Below, piece after piece: positions 47,389 to 55,090 of a DNA stretch of 64,000 bases; the first letter of the stretch is position 1, and each line of letters begins with the position of its first letter. The stretch is from NCBI GenBank assembly GCA_030267065.1, contig JAJDJF010000001.1, forward strand, positions 16,448-80,447. Direction: 5' to 3'. Under the pieces are notes generated by a model. It did no database searches. It was not told the origin of the DNA and saw nothing but the letters and a program-made list of their open reading frames with translations. This stretch comes from Desulfovibrio sp. OttesenSCG-928-C06. Lineage in GTDB: Bacteria; Desulfobacterota; Desulfovibrionia; Desulfovibrionales; Desulfovibrionaceae. Both the position numbers and the translations under genes were made by a program.

Positions 47389-50073
47389 CTATGGTTCCAC
47401 AGTCACCTGATAGCATTTGTCCAGATCCAGATACTTTATGGCAACCTGCCTCAACTGATCCGGAGTGACAGCGGCACTACGTTCGACCTGTTGCAGGGTG
47501 TGATCCGGCGGCAGGCCAAGGACTGCAAGGGTAGCTGCCTCTGTACTGCGTGCTCCAAGGGATTGGTGCCCACGGTAATAGTCGCCCTTGATGGCGTTTT
47601 TGCCGCGTTGCAGTTCCGCATCAGGCAGGTTTTTGCTTTGCAGCTCGTTGATTATCTTGATGAAGCCTTCTTTGGCCTGTCCGGCTTTTTCCGGTTCTGT
47701 GCCGATGTAGAAAATCAGCATGCCGGTTTTCTGGGCATTCCAGGGCAGGGCGGTCACGGTGTAGCCAAGCCCCTGCTTGTCCCGCAGTTCGCTGAACAGC
47801 AGCCCGCTCTGTCCGGAGAGGACGGATTGCAGCAGTTCAACCGCCGGAGCATCGGCGTCTTCAATAGATACAGTCGGGAACACCAGCATCAGGTGGTACT
47901 GGTGCCTGCCGGGAAGTTTAAGCGTAAGCTCGCGTTCCTGTTTCCAGACCGGAGTTTCAAGTTTGATGCCGTCAGCAGAGGGCACAGGCAAGGCCGAGGC
48001 GGCTTTGATTATTTCATCCCGGTTGAAGCTGCCACACACGGACAATACCCATGGCTGGGCCTTCTGGCTTTCCCAGAACGTCTTGATTTGCTTGACGCTG
48101 AAGCCTTCAACTGTTTCCGGCTCTCCCAGCTTCATAAAGCCGTAAGGGTGATTGCCGAACAGGAAGGGGAATATGCGGCGGAAGGCCAGCGACAGCGGCT
48201 GGTCTTCCGAAGATTTGATGGCGGAAAGCTGGTTACGCTTGACCCGTTCAAACTCTTCTTTTTTGAAGCTGGGTGATTTAAGTGTGGTTTGAAGCAGCTT
48301 GAATATATCGGTGCTGAAGCGTTTCGGTGTGCTCAGGCTGAGTGTAAAGGACTGCCGCCCAGCCGAGGCAGAAAGAGAAGCCGCCCGGTCAGCAAGGTAA
48401 TCCTCGTAGGCGTTGGCGTTCATTTTGCCCACACCCTTGGTGAGCATGGCGGCTGTTGCTGTTGCAAGGCCCTGCTGGTCCGGAGCCTGCAACGCATCGC
48501 CGCCCGTGAACATCATGGTGGCCGAAATATACGGCAGGGTTTCGTCCGGAATCAGGATGAGCCTGCGGCCCTGTCCAAGGTCTATTTCCTCACGGCCTGA
48601 TACTGCGTTGCTTTCTGCCTTGGCGGAGCTTGCTGCTGCAGAGGCGGTCCAGTGCTTTTTCAGCGCGCTTCCCAGTACCTTGCCGTCATTGTCAGAATTT
48701 TCCGGGAGCAGCGCGGCAACGGACATTTTTTCCGGAGTAACCAGATCGTTCATCTGTCCCTGAATATCGGACATGGAGACGTTGCGCAGTATGTACAGGT
48801 AGTTGCGCTCGCCCATTGTGCCGTTATCAAAGAACTCAAAATAACCGAGCTTGGAGGCAAGGCCGGAGAGCGTTTCCTTGGCGCGGAAGAGGTCATCTTC
48901 CAGATTCAGCTTTACGCGTTCCAGTTCCTGCTCGCTGAATCTGATTTTGCCAAGCTCTTTCAGATCCTTCACAAAATCGGGCCAGAACTCGTCCAGCTTG
49001 TCCGCATCCAGAGTAACGTTGAACATGAGCAGACCCGTGCGCTCAAAGCTGTAGTTGGAGACGGATATGCTGTCTACCAGCTGCCGCTCGTACTTGTATT
49101 TGCGGTAGAAGTACGATGTTTTGCCGTCGCCGAGCAGGGAGGAGAGCACATCCAGATGTATGCTGCGCTGTTCTGCCTGCGAGACAGAAGGAAAAGCTAC
49201 TCCCAGATAAACCTTGTTCCACGGGCCTTTTTCAATGGTCACGTTTGGCCCGGAATACTCCAGACTATCAAGGTCGATTACTTCCGGTCTGGCTACTTTG
49301 GCGTTGTTGGAAAGTTTGCCGTACAGCTTTTCAATTTCTTTTTTTACCGCGACCTTGTCGATATTGCCGCAGACCAGCAGCAGGGTGGATTGCGGCTGGT
49401 AGAAGCGCCCGATGTAATCAAGAATATCCTTGCGGCTGATGGCGTTAATCACGTCCTCGTAACCGATGATCGGGCGCTTGTAAGGCGTTTGCTTGAGCGC
49501 AGAGGTTTGCAGCATCTTGAACAGACGCCCGCCGGGGTTATCTTCCCCTCGCTTGAGCTCCGCGATAACGACCTTTTTTTCTGACTCCAGTTCTTTGGCG
49601 TCAATCACCGGGTTGAAGACCATGTCGTGCAGCACGTCCAGCCCGTTACTCCAGTGTTCGGACGGAACATCGGTGATGTAAACCGTGTAGTCAAAACTGG
49701 TGGCGGCATTGATATAGCCGCCGATGCTCTCGATATCCTCCGCCACGCTGCCTTTGGGGCGTTTTTTAGTGCCCTTGAAGACCATATGCTCGAGCAGATG
49801 GCTGATTCCTGCTTCTTTGGCAGTCTCGTAGGTGGAACCGGCGTGCACATAGTAGCGCATGGAAACCAGCGGGAAGCGGTCGTCCTCCTGCAATACCACG
49901 GTCAGGCCGTTGGAAAGCCTGTAGACTTCCGGCTCATTAGCCAGAACCGGTTTTGTGTTAGCCAGAAAAACCATCAGACACACTCCCAGAAGGATTGCCC
50001 AAAAGGACATACTGGGGAGTGAAGCAAAGCATTTATTGAATCGCGGTGTTGCCGCAATGTTGCTGTGATGCAT
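47389..50073 (-). CDS. Exported M16 (pitrilysin/insulinase) family zinc peptidase, duplicated M16 architecture
   Basis: HxxEH motif GISHLLEHMVFKGT. N-terminal hydrophobic signal (FWAILLGVCLMVFLA). A second inactive-type M16 repeat in the C-terminal half. RBS AGGAGA. Confidence 0.9.
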   Translation of the reverse strand: MHHSNIAATPRFNKCFASLPSMSFWAILLGVCLMVFLANTKPVLANEPEVYRLSNGLTVVLQEDDRFPLVSMRYYVHAGSTYETAKEAGISHLLEHMVFKGTKKRPKGSVAEDIESIGGYINAATSFDYTVYITDVPSEHWSNGLDVLHDMVFNPVIDAKELESEKKVVIAELKRGEDNPGGRLFKMLQTSALKQTPYKRPIIGYEDVINAISRKDILDYIGRFYQPQSTLLLVCGNIDKVAVKKEIEKLYGKLSNNAKVARPEVIDLDSLEYSGPNVTIEKGPWNKVYLGVAFPSVSQAEQRSIHLDVLSSLLGDGKTSYFYRKYKYERQLVDSISVSNYSFERTGLLMFNVTLDADKLDEFWPDFVKDLKELGKIRFSEQELERVKLNLEDDLFRAKETLSGLASKLGYFEFFDNGTMGERNYLYILRNVSMSDIQGQMNDLVTPEKMSVAALLPENSDNDGKVLGSALKKHWTASAAASSAKAESNAVSGREEIDLGQGRRLILIPDETLPYISATMMFTGGDALQAPDQQGLATATAAMLTKGVGKMNANAYEDYLADRAASLSASAGRQSFTLSLSTPKRFSTDIFKLLQTTLKSPSFKKEEFERVKRNQLSAIKSSEDQPLSLAFRRIFPFLFGNHPYGFMKLGEPETVEGFSVKQIKTFWESQKAQPWVLSVCGSFNRDEIIKAASALPVPSADGIKLETPVWKQERELTLKLPGRHQYHLMLVFPTVSIEDADAPAVELLQSVLSGQSGLLFSELRDKQGLGYTVTALPWNAQKTGMLIFYIGTEPEKAGQAKEGFIKIINELQSKNLPDAELQRGKNAIKGDYYRGHQSLGARSTEAATLAVLGLPPDHTLQQVERSAAVTPDQLRQVAIKYLDLDKCYQVTVEP

Positions 50074-50122
50074 GGCATTTCTCCTGAAATTGCTTTTGCA
50101 TATGGAAAAAAGAACAGACGCA

Positions 50123-52807
50123 TCAGGACTTGCCGTCGCTTTGGGCTATCTTGGTCAGCAGCAGTTCGTGCGCCGAAAATACCGGCTCTGCCGCTTCAAG
50201 CTCCTGCGGGCGCAATTCTTGCGGCAGGGCAAGACTGAGAGCGCCGATGGTCAGGGCCAGAGGCGAGGCGTAGTTGTAGCTCCAGTCAAAAACAAACTCA
50301 AAAGCGGCCCCGTTATTATCTCCGCTATCATCCTTGCTATCAGCAAGGACGCGCCTGATAACCGGCACCATGCGCCGGGCGTCCAGTTCCTTGTCGTGCT
50401 TCTTGCCTTTTTTGGTCCAGAGCAGACTCTGGCTGGCCTGAAAAGCCTCCATTGCCTTGATGAAAAGCGGCAAGCGTTCCGGTGCGCCTGCCCAGGCAAC
50501 GCGGTAGGTTTCGTCCATAGCTTCTGCCGGGCGCTGGTTAAGCGGGATTTTTACCGCCTCGTACACCTCAATGCCGATGGGCATGCCTTTGAAGGCCGCC
50601 AGCACTTCTTCCGCGCTGCGGTTTTCGCGCAGGTACATGGAGAACCATTCGCACTCACTGGCTACGCCAACAGAGAGCGCTCTGGCAAACGAAAGCAGCG
50701 GCGCGGGCTTGAAGCCCTGACTGAACGCAAGTGGAATCCCCTTGCGACGCAAGGCGCGCTCAAAAATGGACTGCAATTCAAGCTGGCTGATGAACGATGC
50801 CGCGTCTACCTTGCGGTACCAGATGCGGTAGTGGCAGACTTTTGCCACCAGAGCGGCGGCAAGGGTCGGTGGCTCGTTTTTTTCTCCATCCTTGTGCGGC
50901 ACGCGGGTGATTACGCGCCCGTATTCGTCCAGCTTGGCCTCGTGCGCGGCCTGATCGCGCTGCGGCAGGTTCAGGATGTTGGAGTATTTTTCGTCCGGCT
51001 CACGCTTGAACAGGCTGGATTCGCCAGCCTTGGTGTCGCAGACTCCGCACTGGCGGCAAGTGTAGTAGCGGCAATCCTGAGTTATTTTTTCCTCAAGGCC
51101 GCGGTTCAGTTCGCGCAGCAAAAAGTCTTTGCTGACGCCGCTTTCCAGATGCTCCCATGGCAGGGCGGCTTCTTTATCCAGAGCGGCGGTAAATTCCTGC
51201 GCTTCAAGGCCGTTTTCTTTAAGCGCCTCCAGCCACGGTTCCAGCTTGAACTGGTCGATCCACGATGTGAACAGCGCGCCTTTGCGGTAGGCGCTTTCCA
51301 CCACCGGAGCCAGACGGCGGTCGCCGCGCGAGAACACGCCTTCAAGAAAGCTCATTTCCGGCTCGTGCCAGCGCAGCTTGATACGCTTTTCAGCTTTGGC
51401 AAGGGTCAGCAGCACCCCAACGCGCCGCCGGATTTCTTCCAGCGGGATTTGCGCCTCCCACTGGAACGGCGTGTGCGGCTTGGGCACAAAAGGCGATACC
51501 GAGGCCGTAACCTGAAGCCGTTTGATGCCCGGCCCGGCTGCATCGCGCACTTTGCGGCACAGGGCCATGATTGCTTCGAGATCTTCGTCCGTCTCTGTTG
51601 GCAGGCCAATCATGAAATAGAGTTTTATCTGCTGCCAGCCGTGCTCAAAGAGCTTTTGCGTGTGCAGGATAATTTCTTCTTCTGTAATACCCTTGTTGAT
51701 TACATCGCGCAGGCGCTGGCTGCCGGCTTCCGGGGCAAGGGTTGCTCCGGTGCGGCGTATTCCGGCCATGCGCTCCATGATGGAATCGTCAATGGAGCCA
51801 ACGCGCAGCGAGGGTAGCGATACGGAAATCTGCTCGGCCGCGCAACGGTCGATGGTGCTGTTGAAAAATGTCTTCAGGGCCGAGAAGTCCCCGGTGCTGA
51901 GCGAGAGGTAGGATACATCGTCATACCCGGTTCCGCTAAGGCATTTGCCGAGCAGTTCTTCCAGATTTGCCACACTGCGTTCGCGCACCGGGCGGTAGAT
52001 GATACCGGCCTGACAAAAGCGGCAGCTGCGCGTGCAGCCTCTGGCAATTTCCAGAGTCAGCCGGTTATGTACCGCGCCAAACGGCACGGCCTGACTGATG
52101 GGGTAGTAAGTGTCGTCCAGAGAGCGTACGGCTCGGCGGGTTATTTTTGAATAATCATCGCGCAGGGGGCGCGGCGGGGTTCTGGAGTCACTGCTTTCAA
52201 AAAATGCCGGAACGTACACGCCGGGAATGCGGGAGGCTTCTTCCAGCACCCAGGCCTTGCCGCGTTTTTCCTGCTTGCCCTGTTCGACTATCTTGAGGAA
52301 CTCCATCAGGACTTCCTCGCCATCGCCCAGAAACATGGCGTCAAAGAATGGCGCTACCGGCTCGGCAGCCAGAGTGCAGCCGCCCCCGGCCACAATCAGC
52401 GGGCCGGGCGCATTCAGCCTGTCGGCGCTGTGGAAGGGGATTCCGGCCAGATCCAGCATATACAGGATATTGGTATAACAAAGCTCGTGCGTGAGGCTGA
52501 AGCCGACCACGTCAAATTCCGCCAGCGGGATATCCGATTCCAGACTGCACAGCGGGGCTTCGTGTTCCCGCAGGATGGCCCCTGCATCGGCGCAGGGGGT
52601 GAATACCCGCTCGGCCAGCCAGCCATCATGCTCGTTGATTTGCCCGTAAAGAATCTTGTGCCCGAGGTAGGACATGCCCACTTCGTACATGTCCGGAAAG
52701 GCCAGCGCCACGCGCAGGTGCGTTTCGTCCGCGTTTTTATGAACCGAACCCTCTTCAATGCCGATGTAGCGGCTGGGTTTGGGAAGAATGCTAAGTAAGT
52801 GTCTCAA
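50123..52807 (-). CDS. Radical SAM protein of the TIGR03960 family fused to the TIGR03936 (DUF2344) 'radical SAM-linked' domain; function unknown
   Basis: N-terminus ..LPKPSRYIGIEEGSVHK..LAFPDMYEVGMSYLGHKILY.. Cluster motif GCTRSCRFCQAG. C-terminal ..YRIWYRKVDAASFISQLELQSIFERALRRKGIPLAFSQGFKPAP.. The apparent start is TTG at 52807. Confidence 0.88.
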   Translation of the reverse strand: MRHLLSILPKPSRYIGIEEGSVHKNADETHLRVALAFPDMYEVGMSYLGHKILYGQINEHDGWLAERVFTPCADAGAILREHEAPLCSLESDIPLAEFDVVGFSLTHELCYTNILYMLDLAGIPFHSADRLNAPGPLIVAGGGCTLAAEPVAPFFDAMFLGDGEEVLMEFLKIVEQGKQEKRGKAWVLEEASRIPGVYVPAFFESSDSRTPPRPLRDDYSKITRRAVRSLDDTYYPISQAVPFGAVHNRLTLEIARGCTRSCRFCQAGIIYRPVRERSVANLEELLGKCLSGTGYDDVSYLSLSTGDFSALKTFFNSTIDRCAAEQISVSLPSLRVGSIDDSIMERMAGIRRTGATLAPEAGSQRLRDVINKGITEEEIILHTQKLFEHGWQQIKLYFMIGLPTETDEDLEAIMALCRKVRDAAGPGIKRLQVTASVSPFVPKPHTPFQWEAQIPLEEIRRRVGVLLTLAKAEKRIKLRWHEPEMSFLEGVFSRGDRRLAPVVESAYRKGALFTSWIDQFKLEPWLEALKENGLEAQEFTAALDKEAALPWEHLESGVSKDFLLRELNRGLEEKITQDCRYYTCRQCGVCDTKAGESSLFKREPDEKYSNILNLPQRDQAAHEAKLDEYGRVITRVPHKDGEKNEPPTLAAALVAKVCHYRIWYRKVDAASFISQLELQSIFERALRRKGIPLAFSQGFKPAPLLSFARALSVGVASECEWFSMYLRENRSAEEVLAAFKGMPIGIEVYEAVKIPLNQRPAEAMDETYRVAWAGAPERLPLFIKAMEAFQASQSLLWTKKGKKHDKELDARRMVPVIRRVLADSKDDSGDNNGAAFEFVFDWSYNYASPLALTIGALSLALPQELRPQELEAAEPVFSAHELLLTKIAQSDGKS

Positions 52808-52841
52808 TCTTGTTCCGTGCCTTGAGTCTGTTTGGGTGCAT

Positions 52842-52884
52842 AAAAACGCAATTCTGAACCGGCTGCAGCGAGCCGGTTCAGAAT
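52842..52884 (-). terminator. Strong hairpin (probable partial terminator) between the 116-aa gene and the radical SAM gene
   Basis: 14-bp perfect stem ATTCTGAACCGGCT / AGCCGGTTCAGAAT, 6-nt loop, then TGCGTTTTTA on the minus strand (U-tract offset by 4 nt). Confidence 0.65.
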
Positions 52885-52918
52885 CATGAAACGAATTGCC
52901 AATGTGCTGACTGTGGCT

Positions 52919-53269
52919 CTATTTGCCGCGAATCAGACCGGACATGCCTGCGCCGCCCTGCGGGTTCTTGAGGTCCATGCCTCCGAGTCCGCCGGTGGAG
53001 AGGGTCAGGTTGGAAATAGCTTCCATGTACTTGGTATTGAGCTCTTCCGGGTACTTCTTGTAGGTGTACATTACATGGCTGTAGCTGATTTCCCCGTCAA
53101 ACTCCTGATCAAAGGGGTAGCCGTAGGGCAGAAGCATCATCTGCATGTTCTGCTGGGTGGGAATCATTTGCAGGATTGCCACGTCCTTGAGGACGTTTTT
53201 GTCGGCATCATATTTGCCGATAACCATTTCACCAGTGCCAAGCTTTACCAGACGAAGGTCGTAAGCCAT
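52919..53269 (-). CDS. Hypothetical 116-aa protein with Gly-rich C-terminal tail
   Basis: Excellent RBS (AAGGAGA, 5 nt, ATG). MAYDLRLVKLGTGEMVIGKYDADKN.. ends ..LSTGGLGGMDLKNPQGGAGMSGLIRGK. No family recognised. Confidence 0.75.
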   Translation of the reverse strand: MAYDLRLVKLGTGEMVIGKYDADKNVLKDVAILQMIPTQQNMQMMLLPYGYPFDQEFDGEISYSHVMYTYKKYPEELNTKYMEAISNLTLSTGGLGGMDLKNPQGGAGMSGLIRGK

Positions 53270-53389
53270 TTTTGTCTCCTTGAAGCCCTGAAATATGCGG
53301 GCTGTTGTTTCATTTTCTCATTCAAAGGCAGAAAGGCTGAAACACATACGCGTTTGGGCCATTCTGCCGTAGCGGTCAAAGCCGTGCAA

Positions 53390-53860
53390 TTATTCAGCCG
53401 CGTGAAGCGACTCCAGATGCTCCCGGAAGTGTTCCGGGTTTTTCTTGTAAGCCATGTAGGATGCCTGGGCAATCAGCTGCCCATCCGCATCAGTTACGGA
53501 AACCTCAATATTGCCGATTTTTGTGGATTCGCTGATTTGTCTGGCTTCCGCCACCAGCGGTCCCTTGAGGCCGGGCTTGAGGAACGAGATGTTGGTGTTC
53601 AGGGTAACACAGAGGTAGCCGCTGCCGTAAGCCGCCATCCCCATTGCCATATCAGCCAGAGTAAAGATGGCCCCGCCGTGCGCTATGCCAAGCACGTTGC
53701 CCTGCCTGCCGTCCAGCGGCATTATTGCCTTGCCGTAACCATGGCGGCATTCTACCAGTTCTATGCCAAGCGCTCTGACTACCTGATCGCCCTTGTACTG
53801 GGCTTGCATCATTTTTTTGCGGTCAGCTTCCACGCTTGCTTCGTCATTCGGATTATACAT
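53390..53860 (-). CDS. PaaI/hotdog-fold acyl-CoA thioesterase family protein
   Basis: ..LGIELVECRHGYGKAIMPLDGRQGNVLGIAHGGAIFTLADMAMG.. is the typical PaaI-type motif. The start may be an internal Met. Confidence 0.85.
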   Translation of the reverse strand: MYNPNDEASVEADRKKMMQAQYKGDQVVRALGIELVECRHGYGKAIMPLDGRQGNVLGIAHGGAIFTLADMAMGMAAYGSGYLCVTLNTNISFLKPGLKGPLVAEARQISESTKIGNIEVSVTDADGQLIAQASYMAYKKNPEHFREHLESLHAAE

Positions 53861-54148
53861 CTGTGTTTCCGGTATAAAGTGCTTGCTGCCGGTCTGTTTC
53901 CGGCCTTTGTAGTTGTCAGTGTCGCAGGTTTGCGGGCGGCTGCCTTGTGCTTATGGCTGACAGCTTTTGTTCCGCTTGCGGCAAAACGTCAAGACAGTGG
54001 TGAATACCCTAATTTTTGCAAATGGACAAATAGATTGCTACCTGCCCAAGGTCTGGTTCCAATGGTTTAACAGGGCTAAACTTGTACCTGGGTTAGAGGC
54101 AGTCAGACTGTTTACTTGCAGTCCGCTTGATACTGGAGGCCAGAAAGT

Positions 54149-55087
54149 TTACTCGCCGCGCAGGGCCGCTTTTGGGGCCAGTTTTGCCGCTTCCGCCACC
54201 AGTTCGGCAACAGTCTCATCAGATAGCGCCTCCATCGGTGTTTCCGGCGACAGGACATTATTCAGCCGGGCCTTCTGGAAGTACCACGGCGTATCAGTTT
54301 TTGCCGCTCCTGCCATTCCTGTTCTTCCGCTTGCTCCAATCAGTTGGGCCAGCTCCAGGATTATCTCCCGGTCTATGAATGGCGCAACGCAGGTGGTGCG
54401 GTATTCATACGGTAACCCGCAATCGCGCAGGATATCCATTGTTTGCAGCAGGCGCGATTCAATGTCCGCTTCGCGGCAAAAACCGTATTTGAAGTATGCC
54501 GCAGGTAATGTTTTAAGATCCATCGCCACATAGTCAAGTAGGGATGAGTCCAGAAGCGTTTGCAGCATTTGCGGCCTGCTGCCGTTGGTATCGAGTTTGA
54601 TTTTGTAGCCGAGCTTGCGCACCTCGCGGCAGAATTCCGGCAAATCAGGTTGCAGGCACGGTTCGCCGCCGCTGATTACCAGCCCGTCAATCAGTCCTTG
54701 CCGTTTGTGCAGAAAGCGGAACAGTTCTTCCATTTCCGCACGCGGTTCAAGATTGCCGCAGTATGGGGATGGTGCAGAGGTTGCCGCTTGCCCGTGGCTG
54801 GTTTGCGCTGCGCTGGAATGCTCCAGTAGTTGGCTGGCGTTTGCCGGGACTGTGGTTGCAGCTTCCTGAACAGTGGCAGCTTGAGTCGGTTGGCCTGTGG
54901 CATGTGGCATCAGGTCTGCATCACTCGTAGACTGGTGTTTTGGATTTTTGAGGTAGAAGCCAAGCGCCACCAGTTCCGGGTTGTGGCAATAGGGGCAGCG
55001 GAAGTTGCAGCCTTTGGTGAAAACAATTGAACTGACCACGCCGGGAAAATCCAGCGTGGTCAGTTTTTGAAGTCCGCCTGTCAGCAA
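54149..55087 (-). CDS. nrdG: Anaerobic ribonucleoside-triphosphate reductase activating protein (radical SAM) with a ~70-aa low-complexity insertion
   Basis: ..LDFPGVVSSIVFTKGCNFRCPYCHNPELV.. then an insert, then ..FLHKRQGLIDGLVISGGEPCLQPDLPEFCREVRKLGYKIKLDTNGSRP.. The apparent TTG start lies 3 nt after the nrdD stop. Confidence 0.88.
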   Translation of the reverse strand: MLTGGLQKLTTLDFPGVVSSIVFTKGCNFRCPYCHNPELVALGFYLKNPKHQSTSDADLMPHATGQPTQAATVQEAATTVPANASQLLEHSSAAQTSHGQAATSAPSPYCGNLEPRAEMEELFRFLHKRQGLIDGLVISGGEPCLQPDLPEFCREVRKLGYKIKLDTNGSRPQMLQTLLDSSLLDYVAMDLKTLPAAYFKYGFCREADIESRLLQTMDILRDCGLPYEYRTTCVAPFIDREIILELAQLIGASGRTGMAGAAKTDTPWYFQKARLNNVLSPETPMEALSDETVAELVAEAAKLAPKAALRGE

Positions 55088-55090
55088 GGG

